64,000 bases of DNA from Phycisphaerae bacterium (GTDB lineage: Bacteria; Planctomycetota; Phycisphaerae; UBA1845; PWPN01), in assembly GCA_035384605.1 (NCBI GenBank), contig DAOOIV010000007.1, positions 50,420 through 114,419 on the forward strand, in the 5' to 3' direction. Positions 15,857-25,382 of this stretch are shown piece after piece. Under the pieces are notes generated by a model. It did no database searches and was not told the origin of the DNA. It was given only the letters and a program-made list of their open reading frames with translations. Each line of letters begins with the position of its first letter. Within the stretch, counting starts at the first letter, position 1. Made by a program: the position numbers and the translations under genes.

Positions 15857-16564
15857 ATGTCACAGAGACGCATCCTGGTTGTCGAAGATGACGCCGCGAT
15901 TCGGCAAGGTATCGTCGATGCCCTGCAATTCGACGGTTATGCCACGCTCGAAGCCGCCAACGGCGACGTGGGGCTGGATATGGCCCGAGCCGTGGATTGC
16001 GATCTGCTGCTGCTCGACCTGGTGCTGCCAGGGGCAGACGGTTTGACTATTCTGCGGGAAGTGAGGATCACGCGACCCACGCTGCCGGTGATCATTCTCA
16101 CCGCCCGCGGCGAAGAGCAGGACCGGGTACAGGGCCTGAAACTTGGAGCAGATGACTATGTCGTCAAGCCGTTCCGCGTCGCAGAACTGCTCGCCCGCGT
16201 GGAAGCCGTGCTGCGGCGATCTCCCGAGCGGCCGGCCGATCTCAGGCTTGTTGCTTTCGCCGGTGGCGTGATCGACCTGGCGCGGAGCGAGATTCGTTTT
16301 GAGAACAACGACCGCTGCGAGCTGTCGGAGCGCGAGGTTGAACTGCTGCGTTACCTGGCCTGCAACAACGGACGGGCGATATCGAGGGACGAGATACTCT
16401 CGCGCGTCTGGCGGCTCGATCCGATCGGCATCGCGACGCGAACGATTGACATGCACATCGCGCGGTTGCGAGACAAGCTGCGAGACGACCCTGAGGATCC
16501 AAAGATCATTCTCACTGTTCGGGGCAAGGGGTACATGTTCGCCAACTGCGGAGGAGGCGGTTGA
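15857..16564 (+). CDS. OmpR-family two-component response regulator
   Basis: Receiver domain (ILVVEDD...LLLLDLVLPG...DDYVVKPF) plus a winged-helix trans_reg_C domain (LSEREVELLRYL...ILTVRGKGY). Confidence 0.9.
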   Translation: MSQRRILVVEDDAAIRQGIVDALQFDGYATLEAANGDVGLDMARAVDCDLLLLDLVLPGADGLTILREVRITRPTLPVIILTARGEEQDRVQGLKLGADDYVVKPFRVAELLARVEAVLRRSPERPADLRLVAFAGGVIDLARSEIRFENNDRCELSEREVELLRYLACNNGRAISRDEILSRVWRLDPIGIATRTIDMHIARLRDKLRDDPEDPKIILTVRGKGYMFANCGGGG

Positions 16565-18585
16565 TGCGACCCTGGCTGACATGGCCGGCCTTTGTCGTGT
16601 GCATTGCCGTGATCCTGGCGGCCATGGGCTGGCATAGTCAGACCGTGCTGCAACTTGACCGTGCAGACGCGGCCGCGATTCGCCGAGCCGCGATCGAGGA
16701 GCGAATCCGCCTGGCCCTGTGGCGGATGGATTCGGCCCTGACACCGTTGGTCGCCCAGGAAAGTACCTGGCCATACTACGCGTACGCGTCGTTCGCGCCG
16801 ACGGAAAGGGCCTATACGAATCTGCTCAACCCGGTCCAACCAGGCGAGATTCTGATGGCCTCCCCGCTGCTCGACCCGCCGTCGCGGCATGTGTTGGTGC
16901 ATTTTCAGATCAATCCGGATAACAGCATCTCCTCGCCGCAGGTACCGACCGGCCCGATGCGCCAGATTGCGGAAGGGCAATACACCACCGCCGACAAGAT
17001 CGAGCTCTACACCCGGCGACTCGCAGCTCTCCAACCGATCCTGAGCAGGGCCAACCTCCTGAGCATGCTGGAACCGGCGGAGCCCCCTCCTGTCAGAATT
17101 GCCGTGCTGCCGACCGCCTCTCAACCCTCGGCCGACCAGGAGAGCCTCGCCCAGCAATCCGAGGTTCAGTCGTTTTGGGGTCTGTCCAACCAGCTTCCCG
17201 ATCGGGATCTCCGGCGGCGATTGGGTCGGCTTGACGAGCAGATCTACACCCAGCAAGCCGTCACTCCTCAGCCCGCGGCACAGGAGCAAGGACAAGTCTC
17301 GGGATTATCCCAGGGCGGCAACCCCAGACAAGACCGTGCTCAACGGCCGTCGTCCTCCGGCAAACAGGTGAGAAGTTCCGGCAAGACAAGCTGGATATCA
17401 CCCGATCAACAGGACCTGATGAACACCTACGATGCCCAAGCACGGGGCTACAACTACGACGTCAACGGAGAGCTGATCCTGACTAACGCCGGCAATTCGA
17501 GAGTAATGCGAGGGGGCGTCAAAGAGGGATCGGCACGGTCTTTGTGGATCGGGGACACGCTCGTACTGGCTCGCAGAGCAAGGGTCAACGGGAGCGAATA
17601 CATTCAGGGCTGCCGGTTCGATTGGCCGGGGATTCAGAGCTGGCTGCTCGGCGAGATCCGGGATCTGTTGCCCGAAGCCCGTCTCGAACCGGCCGACCTG
17701 GAGCTCGACCAGACCGACACGCGCCGGCTGGCAGCTCTGCCGATCCGCCTCGTCCCGGGCGACATACCCAGCCCCCCGGCACAGGGCATGTCCCCGGTTC
17801 GAATGACGTTACTCGTCGCGTGGTCCTGCCTGCTCCTGGCGGCGGCCGCAGTGATCATACTGCTGGTGGGAACGATGTCTCTGAGCGAGCGCCGGGCAGC
17901 CTTCGTCTCGGCAGTCACTCACGAGATGCGGACGCCGCTGACCACGTTTCGGATGTACACCGAGATGCTGACCGGTGGCATGGTGCCCAGCGAGGAAAAA
18001 CGACGGCGATACCTCGATACGTTGCGCGTCGAAGCCGAGCGGCTCAGCCACCTGGTTGAGAACGTACTTGCTTATGCCCGCCTGGAGAAGAATCGGGCGA
18101 TCAGCGCCGCTCAGAACGTGACCCTTGCCGAGTTGATCGCGAGAGTCGAGAAACGCCTGGCCGAGCGCGCCGCACAAGCGGGCATGAAACTGGAGGTATC
18201 GAGGCCCGAGGACATCTGCTCTTCGACTGTTCACGTGGATCCTTCCGCAGTGGAACAAATCCTGTTTAACCTGGTGGACAACGCCTGCAAGTACGCCGTC
18301 TCGACCGGTGATCGGCGAATCCGGCTGGAGACGCTGCGGGACGGAGGCAAGGCAACCGTGCGGGTCCGCGATTACGGGCCGGGGATCCCCGAGCGCGAGG
18401 CAAGGAAGCTATTTCGTCCGTTCTGCAAGTCGGCAAAGGACGCCGCGAACTCATCGCCCGGCGTGGGTCTGGGATTGGCCCTCAGTCGCCGACTGGCGCG
18501 GCACATGGGAGGCGATCTGCGACTCGATCAGAGCGTCAACGATGGCGCCTGCTTCGTCCTCACTCTACCCGCAACGGTCAACTGA
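16561..18585 (+). CDS. Sensor histidine kinase (membrane, large periplasmic/extracytoplasmic N-terminal region)
   Basis: HisKA H-box VTHEMRTPLT. HATPase_c motifs are NLVDNACKYA, RDYGPGIP and GVGLGLALSRRLA. Overlaps the regulator gene by 4 nt (ATGA). Confidence 0.9.
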   Translation: MMRPWLTWPAFVVCIAVILAAMGWHSQTVLQLDRADAAAIRRAAIEERIRLALWRMDSALTPLVAQESTWPYYAYASFAPTERAYTNLLNPVQPGEILMASPLLDPPSRHVLVHFQINPDNSISSPQVPTGPMRQIAEGQYTTADKIELYTRRLAALQPILSRANLLSMLEPAEPPPVRIAVLPTASQPSADQESLAQQSEVQSFWGLSNQLPDRDLRRRLGRLDEQIYTQQAVTPQPAAQEQGQVSGLSQGGNPRQDRAQRPSSSGKQVRSSGKTSWISPDQQDLMNTYDAQARGYNYDVNGELILTNAGNSRVMRGGVKEGSARSLWIGDTLVLARRARVNGSEYIQGCRFDWPGIQSWLLGEIRDLLPEARLEPADLELDQTDTRRLAALPIRLVPGDIPSPPAQGMSPVRMTLLVAWSCLLLAAAAVIILLVGTMSLSERRAAFVSAVTHEMRTPLTTFRMYTEMLTGGMVPSEEKRRRYLDTLRVEAERLSHLVENVLAYARLEKNRAISAAQNVTLAELIARVEKRLAERAAQAGMKLEVSRPEDICSSTVHVDPSAVEQILFNLVDNACKYAVSTGDRRIRLETLRDGGKATVRVRDYGPGIPEREARKLFRPFCKSAKDAANSSPGVGLGLALSRRLARHMGGDLRLDQSVNDGACFVLTLPATVN

Positions 18586-18698
18586 TTCCCCCTGCTCCAG
18601 CACCCGAACTCTTGACGAGCCACGGGGTTGCTCGGGCTGAGCCTGTCGAAGCCATCCCCGTGGTCTTGCCGAGGTGGGCGTCGAATCCCCTCGCTGGC

Positions 18699-18780
18699 AG
18701 CGGAATCCGTTCTGCTGGCATCGGAATCTGTTCTGCTGGCCCCGGAATCCGGTCTGCTGGCCCCGGAATCCATTCCGGGG
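18699..18780. repeat. Tandem ~21-bp repeat array (about 3.7 units, CGGAATCCnnTCTGCTGGC)
   Basis: Read directly from sequence. No spacers between units, so not CRISPR. Confidence 0.7.
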
Positions 18781-18888
18781 CCTTCCGCGCCGAGGATTCC
18801 CATCCTCATTCTCGCCGATGGCGGAATGAACTCCGCCAGGCAGGGCGGTCCTGCTTCGCGACCAGCGCTTCGCAGGACAGGCCCGGAA

Positions 18889-18975
18889 GGGATTCCGGGC
18901 CGAGCGAATGTGGATTCCGGGCCGAGCGAATGTGGATTCCGGGCCGAGCGAATGTGGATTCCGGGCCGAGCGACA
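18889..18975. repeat. Tandem 22-bp repeat array (about 4 units, GGATTCCGGGCCGAGCGAATGT), shares a 17-nt core with the array at 47306
   Basis: GATTCCGGGCCGAGCGAATGTG repeated head-to-tail three times plus a truncated fourth unit. Confidence 0.8.
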
Positions 18976-19006
18976 CGCCCCGTGGCATGCTCACCACACA
19001 AGTCGG

Positions 19007-19882
19007 TCAACGACCGGTTGCCGGGGCGAATGCCAGGCCCAGGTCGTCGACGGTCTTGATATTCTTGCTGAAACTGCGGACCTTCTCCGCCGGGACCAGG
19101 TAGATCTCGACCCGGCGGTTCCTGGCCTTGCCCGCACTCGTCGAGTTGTCGGCGATGGGCCGATGTTCGCCATAGCCCATCACGCCCATGCGTTTCATCG
19201 AGACCTGCAGGTCAGCCATGATGTTCATGACTGCAATGGCTCGATGCGCCGACAAGTGCCAGTTGGTGCGGTGCTGCTGCAGCGTCTCGGGGCGCATGAT
19301 CGGCGTGGTGCAGGTGTGCCCGACGATCACGACATCAAAGCCGGTGGCCGCGGCAGAGTTGACAATTGCCGCAAACTCCCTCAGCGAAGCCATCACCTCA
19401 GCCGAGATATTCGTCTTGTCGCTGCCCAATTCAAACAGCAGGTCCGCCTTCCAGCGAACCGCCCCTTTCTCGGGCAGGTACTCGAGGATTTCCGGGTACT
19501 TGGAGGCCAGTTGTTTGAGCGCCGAGTCCAGTGCATCGGGCAGGACGGCTTTCTGGGTCATGATCAGCGTCGAGATGTCGACTCCGCGTTTTTCGAGGAG
19601 ATCGAGCGCTTTCTGGAAATTGGCCCGCAGGCTGTCCGCCTCGGCCATGGCCCGGACGATCTGCTCCTCCTTGGCCTGAAGCTGGGCGTTCTTGCTCTTG
19701 ATCTCGGTGTCTCGCTGCTGCACAAGGAGTTGTGCATCCTGCAAATCGGACTTGGCGATGTTGTATTGCTCGGTCAACTCCGCGTTGGCCCGCTTGGCCT
19801 GTACCCATTGATCGTAATAGCATCCGGTGTTGCCGGCAGCCAGGGCGATGAACGCCAACCCACTCATGCATCTCTTGGCCAT
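19007..19882 (-). CDS. OmpA/MotB-domain lipoprotein with coiled-coil linker
   Basis: Lipobox AAGNTGC. The OmpA_C motifs are LFELGSDKT, NWHLSAHRA and GYGE...GKARNRRVEI. AAGGAG lies 6 nt upstream of the second ATG (19882). The ORF track starts it at 19900. Confidence 0.8.
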   Translation of the reverse strand: MAKRCMSGLAFIALAAGNTGCYYDQWVQAKRANAELTEQYNIAKSDLQDAQLLVQQRDTEIKSKNAQLQAKEEQIVRAMAEADSLRANFQKALDLLEKRGVDISTLIMTQKAVLPDALDSALKQLASKYPEILEYLPEKGAVRWKADLLFELGSDKTNISAEVMASLREFAAIVNSAAATGFDVVIVGHTCTTPIMRPETLQQHRTNWHLSAHRAIAVMNIMADLQVSMKRMGVMGYGEHRPIADNSTSAGKARNRRVEIYLVPAEKVRSFSKNIKTVDDLGLAFAPATGR

Positions 19883-20154
19883 TTCAGTCTCCTTTGCCAT
19901 TCGCTACTCGTATCCGTACTTCGCGTCTCGGGTCGGCCGGAAAGAACGCCTCGGGGAATCCATGGGGCGAATCTAACACGGCGGCGCTCGTTCGCTTGAC
20001 GCGATTGAACCTGCCCGAGGTATATGCCCTTGTACCGCTATCAGTCTCTCACACCGCCCCGCTCGCGCCAACCGGACGGCGGCGTGAAACTCGGAATGGT
20101 TTGCCTCTCGCATGCGTCGCCGAGAAACAGCTGCTTCGGTGATGGCGGTCTGCC

Positions 20155-21420
20155 TCAACCGGCCGCAGGCGCCGCCTTACCCTTGCCGGCTTTCTTGTCC
20201 TTCTTCTCTTTGGGCGGCTTGGGTATTCGCGGTTTCGACGCCTGATTGCCGACAAACCATCCGATACCGGCGCCCAAGCCCCCAACCAGCAGACACCCGA
20301 GCAGCAGGAACCAGAACTGCTCGGTCAGGGCCAACAGGTAGCCGGGGCAAGTCCCGAAGGCCATAGCCACATTGGCGGCCATGAGCAAACCCATCACCAA
20401 CGTTCCGGAGATCAGCAAACCTGTGAACGCGGGCGACGCCGCTTCAACGGTCCCAATTACCATCGGCATAGCGACGGCCGCAGGTGCAAAGGACTCTTCG
20501 GCGGCGGGCAAAGCCTCGGCGGGCTCCTCCGGGGCCGGTTCGGTGACCGTCGGTCCGGTGGCGGCCAAGGCCGTCTCGGCCGTGTCACCCATATCAATGC
20601 CCTCAAGGAGTTCCGCCCCCAGAGACGTGTCGTCGCTCTCCCGGGTCAATTCGAGCAACCCGGAGCCCCCTCCGCTGCCATCCAGCCCAAGATGCTCGTC
20701 ACCGCCGGTCATCAGGGTCTTGGCCATCGGGTCGGCGGCGATTTCAAGGTCATCATCATCAAACACGCTGATGCCGATGTTGGTGATGACCGTATCATCT
20801 TTCTTCATACCCTCGACGGCGCTCTTGTCCACTTCGTCAAGACTGACGATGTCCCGCCCCAGATCGCTGCCACTTCCGCTGTCAGAGGGTTTGCGCTTCT
20901 GCCCGGCCGCAGGTCCACTATCAGACAGGGCTGTAGGCCCCGAGCCGCCGCCGGAGTCCTCCAGGCTGATCACACCACTGCCGCTGCCGGAATCCTCAAG
21001 GGCAAGCACGCCGGAGCTGTCCGAGCCGCCTCCCGAATCGGAGAGGGAGATCCCGCCGCTGCCGCCGGAATCGCTGAGCTTGAAGTCGCCCGTACCTTCA
21101 TCGATCTTGAGTCCGGAGGCGTCGGTGCCCAACTCGAAGCCGGAGCCGCTGCCGCCGGGTGCGGCGGAAGTCTTGCCGAACCTGGATGCCGAAGGGGTAT
21201 CCTCCTCGGGTGGGGCCAACGGGAGCACATCACTGTCTCCCAGCGAAAGCGGTGCGCCCTCTTCCTTCGACAGCCGCTCGACCTCATCCACACGGTAGTT
21301 GAGCTTGCCGGCGTCGCGAAACTCCCGAAGCTTGCCCTCGCGGACCAGAGCCTTCAGTTTGTCCTCGGTCAGGCCAAGCCTGGCGAGCGTCTCTTCCAAG
21401 TTGTAGTACATTTTTGCCAT
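20155..21420 (-). CDS. Membrane protein with N-terminal excisionase/MerR-like HTH, long Ser/Gly/Asp-rich disordered repeat region and C-terminal TM segments + Lys-rich tail
   Basis: MAKMYYNLEETLARLGLTEDKLKALVREGKL is HTH_17-like. Repeats (I/L)SLSDSGGGS. About 3 hydrophobic helices near the C-terminus, followed by KPRIPKPPKEKKDKKAGKGK. Confidence 0.6.
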   Translation of the reverse strand: MAKMYYNLEETLARLGLTEDKLKALVREGKLREFRDAGKLNYRVDEVERLSKEEGAPLSLGDSDVLPLAPPEEDTPSASRFGKTSAAPGGSGSGFELGTDASGLKIDEGTGDFKLSDSGGSGGISLSDSGGGSDSSGVLALEDSGSGSGVISLEDSGGGSGPTALSDSGPAAGQKRKPSDSGSGSDLGRDIVSLDEVDKSAVEGMKKDDTVITNIGISVFDDDDLEIAADPMAKTLMTGGDEHLGLDGSGGGSGLLELTRESDDTSLGAELLEGIDMGDTAETALAATGPTVTEPAPEEPAEALPAAEESFAPAAVAMPMVIGTVEAASPAFTGLLISGTLVMGLLMAANVAMAFGTCPGYLLALTEQFWFLLLGCLLVGGLGAGIGWFVGNQASKPRIPKPPKEKKDKKAGKGKAAPAAG

Positions 21421-21502
21421 GATCGCCGCCCAACTCTCTTCGCGCCCGGCCCGTCGGCCGGACCGCAAACCTCAGCTACTCAGTTGTCCGCAAGCCGCCA
21501 TG

Positions 21503-22042
21503 TTAAGGCAAAACCGGTCCTTTGGCCGGTGCGGAGGTCACCGGCAGGTCCGCTTGGTCCTGCCGGATGGCTCGTTGCTGCTGGACCATCATACGAACCG
21601 CCCCGGGAACCGGATCCGCGACGTTGAACTCTTCCAGGTACCGGTCCGAAGTCCAGGTTCGAGCGGCCACCAGCCGGAGCAGCAACTCATCATTCGACGC
21701 CCTGTCTAATTCGTAACACCAGATGGTGCCCGTGTCCACATCCAGCATGAACACGCCGTAAGTCCTGGGGGTCAACTGCCCGCTGAACGCGTAGATGCCC
21801 CGGGCGCCCACCAAGCCACCCCCGGCTCCTCCTGTCTGGGCCACGGCCGAACGCATGAATCTGCCCTCGTCCAGTCGCAGGACCAAGGCCGACGCGATGA
21901 TCGCGAGCAAAACGGCGATCACCCACCAGACCGTATGGCGGCCACCTTCCCGAACGACCACCACGACCGGTTGGCCGCGATCAGCCCCCGCGTCGATGGC
22001 ATGGGCCACATCACTGCTCGTCACATCGGACCCGAGTTGCAT
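21503..22042 (-). CDS. Hypothetical membrane-anchored protein
   Basis: Intact ORF in a co-directional gene run with one TM helix (VWWVIAVLLAIIASALVL). No known motif. Confidence 0.45.
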   Translation of the reverse strand: MQLGSDVTSSDVAHAIDAGADRGQPVVVVVREGGRHTVWWVIAVLLAIIASALVLRLDEGRFMRSAVAQTGGAGGGLVGARGIYAFSGQLTPRTYGVFMLDVDTGTIWCYELDRASNDELLLRLVAARTWTSDRYLEEFNVADPVPGAVRMMVQQQRAIRQDQADLPVTSAPAKGPVLP

Positions 22043-22268
22043 GGGGAACCTCTGGTTCCTAGCGGGGCTGAAAACGCAGGCTCTTACGAAGCATGAACTT
22101 ACGCGGATGCCCCATTAGACATTATACACCTGCTGGCCAGCGGGTCAATCTGGCGGACCGGCAAGATCGCATACCCGTGGCGCAAAGCCGCAAAGACCGG
22201 CACCGCAATACTCGGAGACGGCCAATGCCAACAGGGAAGATGTGGAATGATGTCGGCGCGCCCTGTTT

Positions 22269-22937
22269 TCAGGCGAAGAAGATCTGACGGACGGCTCGGG
22301 CAATGGCATCCACATTGTGGAAGAAGAACCACATGGGCACCGCCAGCATGGCCGCCCCGATGACCACCATGCTTGCCCCGGCCGGTGACGGGAGCATGGA
22401 TTCCTTCCGGATCTCGCTCTCCAGCGTCTGCATCAGTGTCTCTGCGACGGCGTCATTGGCGTTCGCCGAACGGCCGGGTTGCGTCCGGAGCGAAAGCGTG
22501 ACGTTTCGCAGTACCGGGAGCGACGTTAAGACAATCGTCAAGCCGATCTCGGCGATCTGGACCTGTTCTTCATTACCGTCGGCCGAAAAACCCAACCGGC
22601 GGCACGCCCGGTACAACAGGCGACGACACTGCGGGAGACTCGTGTTGTAAATGACCCATCCTGAGTTGCGTCGAGGCAGCAACAAACCGACAAAGCCCGC
22701 CACAATGACGCATGCCACGGCGACGGGCCACCAACCGCCGAACTCCACCATCGCCAGCAACGGACCCATGATCAATGGAACAAGGGCAATGGTCAACACC
22801 ACAAAATCCGTTCGTGCCGGCACCATGCAGGGGTGAGCCTGACTGTTGACCAGCCCCAGGCCGAGGAAGTAGACCGCCAACGGCCCGAGAGCCAGCACCA
22901 ACTGCAGAACAAACACCACCTGATCAGATGCGTCCAC
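22269..22937 (-). CDS. Hypothetical integral membrane protein
   Basis: About 5 hydrophobic helices. Co-directional with its neighbours. Confidence 0.5.
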   Translation of the reverse strand: MDASDQVVFVLQLVLALGPLAVYFLGLGLVNSQAHPCMVPARTDFVVLTIALVPLIMGPLLAMVEFGGWWPVAVACVIVAGFVGLLLPRRNSGWVIYNTSLPQCRRLLYRACRRLGFSADGNEEQVQIAEIGLTIVLTSLPVLRNVTLSLRTQPGRSANANDAVAETLMQTLESEIRKESMLPSPAGASMVVIGAAMLAVPMWFFFHNVDAIARAVRQIFFA

Positions 22938-23011
22938 GATTGCCTGTCACCTCTATGCGATCGGTCGCGGCCCCCAGCCGGCAGCGAAACAAAGATCGAT
23001 CCTTTTGCCTG

Positions 23012-23374
23012 TTACTGCGTTGCCTCCGCAGGTGGAGCCGCAGGCAGAGGATCGGCTGCGGGGCGATCGATGTGTTGGCCTTTGGCCGCCACTTTTCGAT
23101 AACCCAAATAACGAATCACCTCGAAGACTTCGCTCCATGTGGGAAACGGGCGGTTGTTAAGGCGCTTGTACTCATCAATGGCCATGACAAACTCAAGGAG
23201 TTCATCACTCATCTCCCCTTCTTCAGCTTGTCGTCGCAGATCGCTCCTTCGTCGCCCCGGTCCGCGTCGTCTCTCCAGGCCGGCGCGACGATCCACCACG
23301 GATCGCCGCTCGCCCTGCCGCCGTTCAATCCCGGTATACTCTTGAGCCACGGACTCTCCCGATACCACCGTCAA
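23012..23374 (-). CDS. Small basic protein (Arg-rich N-terminus, possible internal start)
   Basis: [32 protein letters not shown], then [31 protein letters not shown] lies just upstream of the internal ATG, so a 66-aa product is an alternative. Confidence 0.45.
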   Translation of the reverse strand: MTVVSGESVAQEYTGIERRQGERRSVVDRRAGLERRRGPGRRRSDLRRQAEEGEMSDELLEFVMAIDEYKRLNNRPFPTWSEVFEVIRYLGYRKVAAKGQHIDRPAADPLPAAPPAEATQ

Positions 23375-23385
23375 GCGTTTCGAGA

Positions 23386-23661
23386 TCAGGAATCGTCATC
23401 CTCGTCTTCGATCTCTTCTTCGTCGAGGTCTTCGTCAAACTCGTCGTCGAAGTCCTCCTCGTCGTCGTCATCGTAGAAGTAGTCGAAGTCTTCGTCGTCC
23501 TCCTCGAAGTCGTCATCATCGTCGCTGTCCGGATCCCGAGCGCAGACGACAATCAGCGGCAGTTCACCCGGGCTGACGGTTTCCTGCTCTTCAGTCTCGT
23601 CCGGCTCCTCAAGCGCCGCCGCGATGCCGTCGCTCGCCGTGATTTTCTCCATCCAAGTCAT
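23386..23661 (-). CDS. Small extremely acidic protein (Asp/Glu-rich C-terminal half)
   Basis: ...[49 protein letters not shown]. Lies 12 nt upstream of the basic protein on the same strand. Confidence 0.5.
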   Translation of the reverse strand: MTWMEKITASDGIAAALEEPDETEEQETVSPGELPLIVVCARDPDSDDDDDFEEDDEDFDYFYDDDDEEDFDDEFDEDLDEEEIEDEDDDS

Positions 23662-23790
23662 GACCCAAGCCTCCCTTACACGTGAATTTCAGGCCTTCTC
23701 GCCGCGATCACGACCGGCAAAGTGTATAGCCGATGTCTGCCTCGTCAAGCGATTTTACCCTGTGTGATCGACCAAAACCTCAAAAAATCC

Positions 23791-24837
23791 CTAACGGTTT
23801 TCCCGCAGCTTTATATTGATGGTTGGCGCGCCGGAAGGCCCTTGTGGGGCGATGTTCCAGGCCACCAACTTGAGCATTCGCAGGCCCTCAAGAACCTCGG
23901 CGACCGAACCGGCCGTTTCGAGGACCGGATAAGCGGTCCCGGCTTGATCATCAAGCACGCAAGAGACACCAGCCGACGTCGAGACGGCCTCCGCAAACGC
24001 GGCCCAAGTCGTCACCGACCGATCCACGATCAGCCAGCTATCCAACGGAGAATCATAGAGGCCGTCGGATTCGGGGGCGTTTTCCTTGCCTTGGTCCGGG
24101 ATAGCCGGCAGCCAATGAACATTCTCCCCCTCCGGGTGCACCCAAAGAGCACCGTCATAAAGCGTGGTCCGGGCCTTCAGTTGCCGACTCACAACCTCTC
24201 TGACTCGGTCAAGATCGACGCCGTTTTCTCGGACGTACAGTAGTTTGGGATCGGCCAGCAAGGCTGGATGAAACAAAAGATCCACTCCGAACAAGGCCGC
24301 CACGTCCTCGGCAACCCCGGCAAGCGGAGCGTCTACCCAATTGATATCAGCCTTCCTGGCATTGACCTTAGCCCACCTAGCTGCCTCCGAAGGGCGATCG
24401 GGCAAAGACCCGGTACCCGTCAATCGCCAGACGGCGGGCAGACGGTCTTCCGCCGCAACGAGGAAGACACCATCCACCAGGACAGCCGAAAGACCTCCAA
24501 TCCGAGCCAACCAGCGAAAAGCCTGCTGGCCTGTCAGATGGCTGGCTGAGAGTCGAACGGGTTCATCCAACGCGGCCGGGGGAATCGAGGAGTCAAGGAT
24601 ATACCGAACGCCCAGCCTTTCAGCCAGTTCGGCAAAAGCCTCACGAAGAGGAGTGCCTCGCCAAGTGACGGGGCAAACCTCGTTGAGCCCGACTCTGGCT
24701 TGGGGACGGGTGGTGACCGGGGCAGTCTCAGTGGGCGCCGAGGTGGATGCGGGCAGACTGTCCAGCGACTGCTGGGCCGCTGCAAGAGCCGCAAATCCGA
24801 AAACAAGCAAAGCTGCCATCATTGCCCGTCGAACCAT
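23791..24837 (-). CDS. Hypothetical secreted protein
   Basis: Start at MVRRAMMAALLVFGFAALAAAQQ (signal peptide). The ORF track extends it to 24945. Confidence 0.55.
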   Translation of the reverse strand: MVRRAMMAALLVFGFAALAAAQQSLDSLPASTSAPTETAPVTTRPQARVGLNEVCPVTWRGTPLREAFAELAERLGVRYILDSSIPPAALDEPVRLSASHLTGQQAFRWLARIGGLSAVLVDGVFLVAAEDRLPAVWRLTGTGSLPDRPSEAARWAKVNARKADINWVDAPLAGVAEDVAALFGVDLLFHPALLADPKLLYVRENGVDLDRVREVVSRQLKARTTLYDGALWVHPEGENVHWLPAIPDQGKENAPESDGLYDSPLDSWLIVDRSVTTWAAFAEAVSTSAGVSCVLDDQAGTAYPVLETAGSVAEVLEGLRMLKLVAWNIAPQGPSGAPTINIKLRENR

Positions 24838-25100
24838 CGAAGACCCCTTGTCAGCAAGAAACTGGCCTGCATGGATCCGCACCGGCTCGGGTATTGTTAA
24901 GCGTCCCCGTCTGCCCCGGCAAGTCCGCGCCGACACGTCAGACAAACTGCGGAAACACCGTTTCGGCTTGGCAAGAGCAGTCGTGGTCCTTCCTCCCCCC
25001 CCAGTGGCATACCAAACCGCGAAGACAAAGGCAATAGCCCTGCGATATTATCACTAACCCTTTCCAGGACAATGACTTAAGCACAAGAAAGCGAACCCCT

Positions 25101-25192
25101 GAGGCGGACTGCCTTTTTGCCGGCCATAAACCCAAGCTCACCGCGATCCGGAAACACGCGCAAGCCGCACAAATGTCTGATCACAAGGTTGT
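25101..25192 (+). repeat. Dispersed repeat element, copy 4 (most diverged, with indels)
   Basis: GAGGCGGACTGCCTTTTTGCCGGCCATAAACCCAAGC...GCGCAAGCCGCACAAATGTCTGATCACAAGGTT. Indels relative to other copies break any reading frame. Confidence 0.75.
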
Positions 25193-25382
25193 GAGGTTCC
25201 ATTGCACCGATAGGCCGATGCTCGCGACGGGGGCGGGAGAGGCAGACACGACTCGCAGTGATCGCTGCGACAATGCAGAGCCCGTGTCCGCTGAGAAAAA
25301 ACCGGCGGGAGTCACTGGGGCTCCCGCCGGTCTTACGTGCACGCAGAGCGTGTCCGCGCGAGCCGATTTCGTCCCCCGCGAC

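Noticed and set aside
15860-17295. 304-aa and 314-aa minus ORFs
   Set aside because: Antisense to the response-regulator/histidine-kinase genes.
18699-18975. Tandem repeat arrays considered as a CRISPR array
   Set aside because: Units are contiguous with no unique spacers. Unit length is 21-22 bp. No cas genes nearby.
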